A DNA stretch of 64,000 nucleotides from Polyangiaceae bacterium (lineage in GTDB: Bacteria > Myxococcota_A > Polyangia > Polyangiales > Polyangiaceae), in the NCBI GenBank assembly GCA_965222375.1, contig CBDCTZ010000016.1, forward strand, positions 2,496,001 through 2,560,000, read 5' to 3'. Numbering within the stretch: the first letter of the stretch is position 1; each line of letters begins with the position of its first letter. The notes under the pieces are model-generated. The model was not told where the DNA came from. It searched no databases and saw nothing but the letters and a program-made list of their open reading frames with translations. This document shows, one piece after another, positions 1 to 8,642 of the stretch. The position numbers and the translations under genes were made by a program.

Positions 1-154
1 CGCCCGAAAGTGCGAAAATCTCGGCATTGCCGGCTGGACGGAGCCTAACACGGTCCGCGCGCGAAGGACTTGGGGTCTACTCTCGGGCTCCGCTAGGATA
101 GGCTCCTCACCTTGAAGTGCCGCGAGGCACATCCATCCCGGAGAACGACGGTAC

Positions 155-1561
155 ATGGCCCAGGACACGCGCAAGGACCCGCGGGCGAAGGTTTTGACGA
201 TGACAGTGCGCTACAAGAGCGCCACCATCGACGAGTTCATCGAGCACCACTCCCACGATGTCAGTCGTGGCGGAATGTTCATCAAGACGCCATCGCCGTT
301 TCCACCTGGCACCTTGTTGAAATTCGAGGTGAAAATCGCCGACGACCAGAAGGTGATGCAGGGTGTTGGCCGCGTTGTGTGGAAGCGCGAGCCGCCCGAA
401 GCCGGCGAGGACCAACCCTCGGGCATGGGCGTCAAGTTCATCAAGATCGATGACGGCTCCATCAAGGTCATCGAAGAGCTCGTCACCACGCGAGGAGACG
501 AGCCCGGTGCCTACGATGCGGAAGCAACTGCCGCAGGCGCATCCCTGACTCCGGCTGCGAAGATGTCTGACAAGCCGTCAGCACCTGCCCCCGCGGCCGC
601 TGCCAAGGCGCCGACGCCGGGGGAGCCGCCTCGCAAAGCCACGATGATCGGCTTGGGTGCGATCGGTACGACGCCCAAAAAGGCGGCGGAGCCCGAACCC
701 AAGCCCAAGCCCGCCGCAGAAGAGTCCAAGAAGGTGGATGACGCCGGTGGCGGTGCCTTCTTCCCGGAGACGGATTCCGAGGCTGACCAGCCGCCGCCCG
801 AGGACCGCACGGTGATGAAACAGGCCGCGGAACTGCTCGCCGACGCCCTGCGCGAGGCTGGCGGGTCCATGGACGAAGTCGGATCCGCGGACGCCAAGAA
901 GGAGGAGGCGAAAGACGCCCCCGCCGACGAGGCCAAGGACGACGAGAAGGACGACGACAAGGCAGCTGCTGCGGCCGCCAAGGCCAAGTCCGAGCCTCCT
1001 GCCGAGAAGAAAGAAGAAAAGGAAGAGAAGAAGCCAGCTGCCGCCGCGGCGTCAGTGGAGAAGAAGGAGCCGGCCCGCCCGGCCGTGCCCGCCGCAGCAT
1101 CGATGCCGCCCCCAGCTGAAGAAGGTGGCGGCGGAGGCAAGATCATCTGGTTGCTGGTCGGCGTGGCCGCCGTTGCCGGGATCGCGTTCTTCCTGACTCG
1201 CAAGCCCCCGGAGGAGCCGGCGCCCCCGGCGCCGCCCGTCACGGCGACCGAGACCGAAACCGCCGAAGAGCCCCCGGAAGAGCCGGCGACCGAGGACGCT
1301 GCCGCACCCGCTGCCGAGCCCGATGCCGCCCCGGAAGAGCCCCCGGATCCCGCGCCGGCGCCCAAACCCGTGGTGGTCGCGCCCAAGCCTGCGCCCAAGC
1401 CCGTGGTGGCGCCCAAGCCCGTGCCGGCGCCGAAACCGGTGCCTAAGCCGGTGCCCAAGCCTGCGCCTGTCGTGAAGCCTGCGCCGGCCCCAGCTCCGGC
1501 TCCCGCTCCCGCGCCCGCCCCGGCACCCAAGCCGACCACGGGCAGCGACAATCCGTACTGA
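155..1561 (+). CDS. TIGR02266-family PilZ-like domain membrane protein with Ala/Glu/Lys/Pro-rich linkers
   Basis: N-terminal RKDPRA...DVSRGGMFIKT...GRVVW...GMGVKF PilZ-like motif, one TM helix (IIWLLVGVAAVAGIAFFL), Pro-rich C-terminus ending DNPY. Confidence 0.85.
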   Translation: MAQDTRKDPRAKVLTMTVRYKSATIDEFIEHHSHDVSRGGMFIKTPSPFPPGTLLKFEVKIADDQKVMQGVGRVVWKREPPEAGEDQPSGMGVKFIKIDDGSIKVIEELVTTRGDEPGAYDAEATAAGASLTPAAKMSDKPSAPAPAAAAKAPTPGEPPRKATMIGLGAIGTTPKKAAEPEPKPKPAAEESKKVDDAGGGAFFPETDSEADQPPPEDRTVMKQAAELLADALREAGGSMDEVGSADAKKEEAKDAPADEAKDDEKDDDKAAAAAAKAKSEPPAEKKEEKEEKKPAAAAASVEKKEPARPAVPAAASMPPPAEEGGGGGKIIWLLVGVAAVAGIAFFLTRKPPEEPAPPAPPVTATETETAEEPPEEPATEDAAAPAAEPDAAPEEPPDPAPAPKPVVVAPKPAPKPVVAPKPVPAPKPVPKPVPKPAPVVKPAPAPAPAPAPAPAPAPKPTTGSDNPY

Positions 1562-1574
1562 TTTCCAACATTTG

Positions 1575-1595
1575 AGGGCGAAACAATTTCGCCCT
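1575..1595. terminator. Short perfect hairpin after the TIGR02266 gene
   Basis: agggcgaaa-caa-tttcgccct, 14 nt after the stop codon; no strong U-tract. Confidence 0.4.
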
Positions 1596-1647
1596 GGATG
1601 GGGATCGCCCCTTCGAGTCGGCCCAGCGCTGTTCTAAGCTAACCGCG

Positions 1648-3924
1648 ATGTCGGGGCCTACAGATGCAGGGAGCTCCGACCCACGCGTCGGGACCACGCT
1701 TTCTGAGCGTTACCGCATCGACGCGCTCTTGGGCGAAGGGGGCATGGGCAAGGTCTACGCCGCCGAGCACGTGCTCATGCGCAAGAAGCTCGCGGTCAAG
1801 ATCCTGCACCGTGAACTGACCAGTGTTCCCGAGGTCGTGCAGCGCTTCGAGCGCGAGGCGATGGCGGCAGCGAACATCGATCACCCCAACGTCGCCGCAG
1901 CCACGGACTTCGGCAAGCTCGGCGACGGTTCGGTATTTCTGGTGCTCGAGTTCATCGAGGGCGAGAACCTTCGAGATGAAATCGCGAAGGGTGTCATGCC
2001 CGTCGAGCGCGCCCTGCACATCGCGCGGCAAATCGCGTCGGCCCTGGCAAGCGCCCATGAGCTGTCGATCGTTCACCGGGATCTGAAGCCTGAAAACGTG
2101 ATGCTGGTCGACAAGGGTGACGACCGAGATTTCGTGAAGGTGCTGGACTTCGGGATCGCCCGAGTTCCGATCGGGGAAACCACCGATGGCTCGAAGCCGA
2201 TCACCAAGGTCGGCATGGTGTTCGGGACGCCGGAGTACATGGCGCCGGAGCAGGCCCTTGGACAGCCCGTGGATGGTCGCGCGGATACCTACGCCCTGGG
2301 TGTGATCCTGTTCGAGATGATCTCGGGAGTTCGGCCCTTTTCGAGCAAGAGCCCCGTGGGCATTTTGGGCCAACAGTTGTCCAAGCCGCCCCCCACTCTC
2401 GCGGAACGCTCCCCAGGACTCGTGGTTCCGCCTCAAGTCGAAGTCCTACTTCAGAAGTTGCTCGCGAAGGAGGCATCGGATCGCCCGGACCATGCCAAAC
2501 AAGTTGTGGCCACGATCGAAGAACTGATTGGCCCCACTCCCGGCAAAGGCTCCCACAAGTTCACGGTGCCCCGGGGCTCCACCGGAGTCGAGGCTGGGGC
2601 CGCGCCGGGCCCGTTTTCTTCCATTCCGGATTTGGAAGCGCCGTCGGATCCGGCCTTGAGCGTGCCAATCCTATCTCCGGTGCCGCCGGTGGTCGCCAGC
2701 GCCCCCAGTTGGGAAGTGCCCGACGGCGAGCTGCCAAGCGCGCCCGAAGCCGAGCATCTCAGCGTGCCCGAGGCACGACCGCCCATGGGGAGTGTGGACC
2801 AGAGCGGACCGCACTCCGCGGTCAATCCGCTGCTCAGCGCCGAGCAGAGCGGACCGCACTCCGCGGTCAATCCGCTGCTCAGCGCCGAGCAGAGCGGACC
2901 GCACTCCGCGGTCAATCCGCTGCTCAGCGCCGAGCAGAGCGGACCGCATTCGGCAGCAGGCCCCCTGCTGGGCGTCGACCAGAGCGGGCCCCACTCGGCG
3001 ATGCGCAGTGCCACGGACTTGGGGGATGAAGTGAAGCGCGGCTGGGAGCGACTCCTCGACGCCGTGGATGACTTGCGAGACAAGCTGCCGCCCAACATTC
3101 GCAAGCCGTTGAAGGACGTGCCGACGGTAGCTTTCGTGATTGCAGCGGTCGTCATCGTGGCAGGCGCTTTGGTTGGGCTGATAGCGATTGTGGTGGCCGT
3201 GGCCTCGAGCGACGACACGCCGGCGCCGACCGCGAGCTCATCGGCGACCGCCGTGCCGTCAGCCACGGTGGCTCCGCCGGTAGATGCGCCAGCCGCTTCC
3301 AAGGCTGAACTAGCCAGCGCCAAGGCCGAAGGCGCCGAAGGGCTGCAAGCCCTAGCAGAGAAGTTCCCGAAGGACGCACGCATCCCGGTGGAACTCGCGG
3401 TGATGCAAACCAGTAAGCGGAAATACAAGGAAGCCGTTGCCGCAGTCGAGGCCGCGCTCGGCGTCGATGAGAAATCCAGCGCGGATCCCCGGGTCGCTAC
3501 GGTCCTCTTCACCGCAGCGCAAAAGCCTCAGGCCTCAGCCGATGCGTTTCGATTGCTGCAAGGGCCGATGGGGGCCAAGGGCGCGGATATCGTCTACGAT
3601 CTGAGCCGCGCCGGAAATGTGACCGCCCGCCGGCCCGCCAAGAGGTGGCTCGCGACGCCGGAGTTCCAGCAAGCGTCGAGCCCGTCCCTCAACGTCTTGG
3701 TTGCTCTCGACTCAGCGAAGACTTGCCGCCAGCGCTACGCGCTTCTGATGCGGGCCAAGAACGTGGGTGACGCCCGGGTGCTCAAGACCCTTACCGGCTA
3801 CAAGTCGAAGCGGGCGGGCTGTGGGCGTGGGGGCAACAGCGACTGCAACCCCTGCATGCGGGATGACGACCGCCTGGACCTCGCCATCGCAGAGATCGAG
3901 AAACGGGTCGGGGGTGCCAAGTAG
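1648..3924 (+). CDS. Membrane-anchored Hanks-type Ser/Thr protein kinase
   Basis: LGEGGMGKV, AVK, HRDLKPEN, DFG, GTPEYMAPE; TM helix near aa 495-520; helical extracytoplasmic domain ending in a Cys cluster. Confidence 0.95.
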   Translation: MSGPTDAGSSDPRVGTTLSERYRIDALLGEGGMGKVYAAEHVLMRKKLAVKILHRELTSVPEVVQRFEREAMAAANIDHPNVAAATDFGKLGDGSVFLVLEFIEGENLRDEIAKGVMPVERALHIARQIASALASAHELSIVHRDLKPENVMLVDKGDDRDFVKVLDFGIARVPIGETTDGSKPITKVGMVFGTPEYMAPEQALGQPVDGRADTYALGVILFEMISGVRPFSSKSPVGILGQQLSKPPPTLAERSPGLVVPPQVEVLLQKLLAKEASDRPDHAKQVVATIEELIGPTPGKGSHKFTVPRGSTGVEAGAAPGPFSSIPDLEAPSDPALSVPILSPVPPVVASAPSWEVPDGELPSAPEAEHLSVPEARPPMGSVDQSGPHSAVNPLLSAEQSGPHSAVNPLLSAEQSGPHSAVNPLLSAEQSGPHSAAGPLLGVDQSGPHSAMRSATDLGDEVKRGWERLLDAVDDLRDKLPPNIRKPLKDVPTVAFVIAAVVIVAGALVGLIAIVVAVASSDDTPAPTASSSATAVPSATVAPPVDAPAASKAELASAKAEGAEGLQALAEKFPKDARIPVELAVMQTSKRKYKEAVAAVEAALGVDEKSSADPRVATVLFTAAQKPQASADAFRLLQGPMGAKGADIVYDLSRAGNVTARRPAKRWLATPEFQQASSPSLNVLVALDSAKTCRQRYALLMRAKNVGDARVLKTLTGYKSKRAGCGRGGNSDCNPCMRDDDRLDLAIAEIEKRVGGAK
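2800..3000 (+). repeat. Intragenic 45-bp tandem repeat encoding QSGPHSAVNPLLSAE
   Basis: Three identical units (2800-2934), one diverged unit and one partial unit. Confidence 0.95.
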
Positions 3925-3937
3925 CGCCCGCCGGCGC

Positions 3938-6010
3938 TCAAGGGACCTTGCGACCTGCTTTGCGGTCGGCGATGGCCATGCGGATGACTTGTTTGAAGCG
4001 AGCTAGCGGCTGGGCGCCGGATAGGAAGTAGCCGTTGATCACCGTGCCTGGAGTGCCTCGGATCCCGGCGGCTTTGGCAATGTCCTCGTCGGCTTTGATC
4101 TTCTTGTCATGGCGACCGTCATCGAGGGCTTTCTTGAACCGAGCCACGTCGAGGCCGATACGTGACGCATAGCCTTCGAGGTCTGCCCGCTTGAGGTTCT
4201 TCTGGCTCTCGAACAGCAGCTTGTGCATGGCCCAGAAGCCCTTGTTGCCCTTTTGGGCGAAGGCTTCCAAAGCCGCTGCCGCCGCGGGGCGGGCATCCTT
4301 GTGGAACGCCAGCGGCAGGTTCCGCCACACGATGCGCACCTGACCCGGGAAAGCTTTTTCCACTTTGTCCAGGGTCGGCTCCAAGCGCGAACAGAACGGA
4401 CACTGAAAGTCCGAGAACACCTGGAGCACGATCGGCGCCCAGGCCTTGCCTCGGCTAGGCAAGCCCCGGCCCGCCGCGGGGATCTTCTTGGTTTCTGGCG
4501 GCTTGGGGCCCTTGCCGTCCTTGATGATCTTTGCGTAGACCATCGCCTTGGGCGTGCCGGCTTGAACCATCGCCTCGGCCTTGGCGAGCTGCTCGCGCAC
4601 GAGTTTTTCGAACTTGGCCAGGGGCTGCGCACCCGAGAGGCGGCGACCGTTGATGAAGAAGTGCGGCGTGCCGCGGGCTTCGAGCCCGAAGGCCAGATCT
4701 TGGTCGGCCTGGATCTTCGAGTCGTGGGTCTTCTTCTTCAACGCCCACTTCACGCGGGCTGGGTTCAGCTTCAGGTCCTTGGCGATCTGTAGCAGCGCTG
4801 GCTCGTCCATGGGTGCGGGCGCCGCGAACAGAGCTTTGGTTGCCGCGAAGAAACCCTTGTTGCCGCGTTGGGCGCGCGCTTCCATCGAGAGCGCGGCGGC
4901 GGGGCGAGCGCCTTGGTGAAAGGGCAGCGGATTGTGCTTGAACACGAAGCGCAGCTTGCCCGGGAACTTCGCGTCCAGCTGCTTCAGGGTGGGCTGCACC
5001 TTGCGGCAGTAGGGACACTCGAAGTCCGTGAACTCGACGATGGTCACCAAGGCGTTCGCGGGGCCCTTGGTTGGTGACTTGCCAATCGGCACCTTGTAGA
5101 CAGCGAGGTCGTTCTTTGGTGTGCGGCGGGGGCTCGACTTCTTGTAGGGGACGAAGTTTTCGGCGACGCGATGGGCGTATACGGCGTTGGGAGGCGTTCC
5201 CTTGCGTGCGAGCTGCTTGGCGGCCTCGAGCTCCGCGTCGATCAGCTCTCGGAACTTGTCGGCGGGCTGTGCACCGGCCAAGGTTGCGCCGTTGATGCGG
5301 AAGGCTGGCGTGCCCACGGCGCCGATCTTGTTGGCCAGCTCCGTGTCTGCCTCGACTTTGCTGCGCAGCTTCGGATCGCGAACCCGGTCGATGAGGGCGC
5401 GTTGGCTCACGCCAACGTCCTGAGCCCAGCCCACTAGGTTGTCATCAGTGAGCACTCGCTGACCCTGGAACAGAGAGTCTACGTAGGTATCGAAGGCGTC
5501 GATGCCGCGCAGTTCGAAGACCGCCTGCGCAGCGATGGCGGCGGGCAAAGCGTCCTTGTGAAAGGGTAGGGGGTGGTGCTTGGTCACGACCCGGAGCTTT
5601 TCGGGGCCGTACTCGCGCTTGATCTGCTGCACGGTGGCGTGGGCCCTCGAGCAGAAAGGACACTGGAAGTCCGTGAACTCCACGAGGGTGACGGGCGCGT
5701 TGGGGTTGCCCCAAACGGCGTCTGCGCTCGTTATTGGGATCTGCTCTGAACTCGGACCCGGGTCCCGCGACCCAGAAACGAAAGTGAGGCTCTCCTCTGC
5801 GGCCAGGGACTCTTCGACGGCGGAGGGCGTTGCGAGGTCGACCTCGGCCGCTCCAGCGGCTTCGCCCTTGCCCCCGGCGCCCGGGCCGCACGCAACAAAC
5901 ACGAAAGCCAGAGCAACTGCGAGGGTTGCCCTGGCCCAGGTGAGGTTTCGCGCGGACCGAGGGCGGAGCCCGCTTTGGGCAAGCTCCGCCGACGGCTGCG
6001 CTCGTGTCAC
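3938..6010 (-). CDS. DsbA/thioredoxin-fold protein with three CxxC domains, probable lipoprotein
   Basis: DFQCPFC, DFECPYC and DFQCPFC, with GTP cis-Pro motifs; GTG start overlaps the upstream TGA (GTGA at 6007-6010); hydrophobic stretch ending FVAC. Confidence 0.9.
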   Translation of the reverse strand: MTRAQPSAELAQSGLRPRSARNLTWARATLAVALAFVFVACGPGAGGKGEAAGAAEVDLATPSAVEESLAAEESLTFVSGSRDPGPSSEQIPITSADAVWGNPNAPVTLVEFTDFQCPFCSRAHATVQQIKREYGPEKLRVVTKHHPLPFHKDALPAAIAAQAVFELRGIDAFDTYVDSLFQGQRVLTDDNLVGWAQDVGVSQRALIDRVRDPKLRSKVEADTELANKIGAVGTPAFRINGATLAGAQPADKFRELIDAELEAAKQLARKGTPPNAVYAHRVAENFVPYKKSSPRRTPKNDLAVYKVPIGKSPTKGPANALVTIVEFTDFECPYCRKVQPTLKQLDAKFPGKLRFVFKHNPLPFHQGARPAAALSMEARAQRGNKGFFAATKALFAAPAPMDEPALLQIAKDLKLNPARVKWALKKKTHDSKIQADQDLAFGLEARGTPHFFINGRRLSGAQPLAKFEKLVREQLAKAEAMVQAGTPKAMVYAKIIKDGKGPKPPETKKIPAAGRGLPSRGKAWAPIVLQVFSDFQCPFCSRLEPTLDKVEKAFPGQVRIVWRNLPLAFHKDARPAAAAALEAFAQKGNKGFWAMHKLLFESQKNLKRADLEGYASRIGLDVARFKKALDDGRHDKKIKADEDIAKAAGIRGTPGTVINGYFLSGAQPLARFKQVIRMAIADRKAGRKVP

Positions 6011-7947
6011 TTGGCTTCCTTCAGCGCCCGGTTGATCAGTTTCTTGAACGCCGGGAAGGGCTGCGCACCGCTGAGGTAGTAGCCATTGATGACGAAGGCG
6101 GGCGTGCCACTGATGCCTGCCTTGTTTGCGATCTGAGCGTCCTTCTCCACCTTCGCCTTGTGGGTCCGGTTGTCGAGGGCTGCTTTGAACTTGCCCATGT
6201 CGAGGCCCAGGTCCGTCGCCACCTTGTCGAGGGCGGGCCGCTTCAGGTCCGCCTGGGTTTCGAACAATTTGGCGTGGCACTTCCAGTAGCCGTCGTTGCC
6301 CTTCTGAGCATGTGCCTCGCGGCAGGCCTCAGCAGCGAGCGGCGCCTCCTTGTGGAAGGGCAGGGGCAGATCGCGCCAAACGATCTTCACCTTGTTGCCG
6401 TACTCCTTCTTGATTTGATCCATGGTCGGCTCGACGCGCTTGCAGAAGGGGCACTGATAGTCGGAGAACTCCTGAATCACGACCTTCGCGTTGGCGCCAC
6501 CCTTCCAAGGAGCGTCCGCGTCCGGCTTCGGCACGTCCTTCTTCTCGGGAGGAGGCGGCTCTTTGCCGGTCTTCATGATCTCTTCGTAGACCTTGGAACG
6601 GGGAGTGCCCTTGGCCACGAGCGCCTTGGCTTTCGCCAACTGCTCGTCGATGAGCTTCTTGAAGGCGTCGAAGGGCTGAGCGCCAGAAAGGCGTCGCCCG
6701 TTCACGAAGAAGTGGGGCGTGCCCCGAGCTTCGACCTCCATCGCGAGTTCGGCGTTGGCGTTGATCTTGGCCATGTACTTTTCGCCGTCGATCGCTGCCT
6801 TGATGGCGGGCCAGGGCACGCCGATCTTGCCGGCAACCGCTTCCAGGTCCGCGTCTTCCAACTTGGGCTGGCTCTCGAAGAGTGCATCGTGAGCTGCCCA
6901 GAATCCGTCGTCGCCCTTCAGCTTGTAGGCGTGGCGGGCGAGGATGGCCGTGGGCTTGGCGCGGGGATGGAAGGGCAGGGGGTTGTCCTTCCAGACGATG
7001 CGCACGTCCTTGCCGTAGGTATCGACGATCTGCTTCGTGGTGCCCAAGACTCGCTTGCAGAAGGGGCACTGGAACTCGCTCCACTCCACGATGGTGACCA
7101 GCGCGTCGCTGGGACCCTTCTGGGGGTCGTCCTTGAACACTGGCACCTTCCACACGGTCGTGTCTGGGGGCGGCGCGGCGGGCTTCTCGGCCTTCTTGGC
7201 ATCAGGAGCGGCGGTGGCGTTCTTCTTGGACAGCTCGACGTAGACCTTGTCCTTGGGAGTGCCGGCTGCGATGGCTTTTTGGGCCGCCGCGAGCTGAGCG
7301 TCGATGACTTCCTTGAACTTCTCGAAGGGCTGCGCGCCGACCAGGGTCACGCCGTTGATGCGGAACGCCGGAGTACCCGTCGCCCCGACCTTGGTCGCCA
7401 TGGCCATGTCTTCGTCGACCTTCTTGGCGTACTTCTTCGCCTTGTAGGCTGCGTTGAACTTGGCCATGTCCACGCCGGACTCCTTGGCCCAGGCTTGGAT
7501 GTTCTCCTCGGTGAAAGCCTTCTGGTTGGCGAAGGCCTTGTCGTGGAACTTCCAGAATGGGTCGTTGCCCCCAACCGCGAAAATCGTCGCGGAAGCTTCA
7601 TGCACCGGTCGCGCTTCCTTGTGGAAGGGCAGGGGCTGGTGCTTCCAGACGATGCGGACCTTCTCTTTGCCGTAGGTCTTCTTGATCTGCGCCATGGTCG
7701 GATTGACCCGGCTGCAGAATGGGCACTGGAAGTCGCTGATCTCGACAATCGTGACCGGCGCGTCCGCATTGCCCCAAGACGGGTCTGCGGCGGTGACGGG
7801 CACCGGAGAGTCACTGTGGTCCAAACCTCCAACGGAGGCGGATTCGGGCCCAATCGCTGTGCCTTTGCTGCGATCGATGCCCCACATCAGGCCCATCCCT
7901 GCCAAGAAGCAGAGGAAGAAGCCGACGATGGCTGTTCCCTTATTCAT
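6007..7947 (-). CDS. DsbA/thioredoxin-fold protein with three CxxC domains
   Basis: Three QCPFC motifs, GTP/SGAQP motifs, N-terminal membrane anchor, GGAG RBS. Confidence 0.93.
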   Translation of the reverse strand: MNKGTAIVGFFLCFLAGMGLMWGIDRSKGTAIGPESASVGGLDHSDSPVPVTAADPSWGNADAPVTIVEISDFQCPFCSRVNPTMAQIKKTYGKEKVRIVWKHQPLPFHKEARPVHEASATIFAVGGNDPFWKFHDKAFANQKAFTEENIQAWAKESGVDMAKFNAAYKAKKYAKKVDEDMAMATKVGATGTPAFRINGVTLVGAQPFEKFKEVIDAQLAAAQKAIAAGTPKDKVYVELSKKNATAAPDAKKAEKPAAPPPDTTVWKVPVFKDDPQKGPSDALVTIVEWSEFQCPFCKRVLGTTKQIVDTYGKDVRIVWKDNPLPFHPRAKPTAILARHAYKLKGDDGFWAAHDALFESQPKLEDADLEAVAGKIGVPWPAIKAAIDGEKYMAKINANAELAMEVEARGTPHFFVNGRRLSGAQPFDAFKKLIDEQLAKAKALVAKGTPRSKVYEEIMKTGKEPPPPEKKDVPKPDADAPWKGGANAKVVIQEFSDYQCPFCKRVEPTMDQIKKEYGNKVKIVWRDLPLPFHKEAPLAAEACREAHAQKGNDGYWKCHAKLFETQADLKRPALDKVATDLGLDMGKFKAALDNRTHKAKVEKDAQIANKAGISGTPAFVINGYYLSGAQPFPAFKKLINRALKEAK

Positions 7948-8106
7948 TTTGGTATCTCCTAAAAATCCAAATCACTTACGAATCAAGACTTGCGGCGGTC
8001 AGCTCGCGGCTTCGACGGATTCGCCGAACCACGGGCTCGCGCCGACTCAAACTGGCGCTCTCCCACGTGCAGTGGTGAAAGACTCTGACGACTACCGCAC
8101 GCGGGG

Positions 8107-8538
8107 TCAGCCGCGCGGGGGTCGGTAGACGTTTCGACTGTGTTCGGACGGGCAACGGTAATGCGCTGCCCTGGGGATCTGTTGTCGGACGCCTTTGGGA
8201 CCTGCTAGCCACGCGCTGCCCGTCGGAATCACCCGGTCGACGGAAGCCAGGGCTTCCGCCGAGCGCTCCTGTTGGGGCAGAGGTGCGTCGTCGAGGTGCT
8301 CGAAGTTGGGAGCGTCGCAGGGTAGGGCGTCGATGGTGCCGTTTTCGCTCGGCAGGAGCGGAAAGGGTGCTGCGATGCTTTGAGCCGTCTCGTCGCACAT
8401 GGGCGCGGCGGCCCAGGCGGCGCTCGGAATGGCCACCAAGAGCACGAACACACTCAGCCCCAGCGCAATTTTCGCGCAGGCTCGAGAGCGGGAGCTCTGG
8501 TTGGGGTTGGCCACGACGGCGGGCAGTGTACTCGTCAC
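8107..8538 (-). CDS. Small exported hypothetical protein ending in RPPRG
   Basis: Signal-peptide-like segment (LGLSVFVLLVAIPSAAWA); fills the gap upstream of the DsbA pair. Confidence 0.6.
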   Translation of the reverse strand: MTSTLPAVVANPNQSSRSRACAKIALGLSVFVLLVAIPSAAWAAAPMCDETAQSIAAPFPLLPSENGTIDALPCDAPNFEHLDDAPLPQQERSAEALASVDRVIPTGSAWLAGPKGVRQQIPRAAHYRCPSEHSRNVYRPPRG

Positions 8539-8642
8539 CGCGTTTTGCTCAACCCGCCATGTCGCGGATCAATTCCGGCTCTCATCGAAGGATTTGGGGT
8601 CGTTAACTTGGCCACCTTTCCCTACATTGGCACCATGGCCGC

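Noticed and set aside
6011..6280. N-terminal extension of ORF 3938..6280
   Set aside because: Overlaps the upstream paralogue; the GTGA-coupled start at 6010 is more plausible
6004..7962. 652-aa plus-strand ORF
   Set aside because: Antisense shadow of the triple-DsbA gene; such shadows are expected in high-GC coding DNA and it has no recognisable motifs
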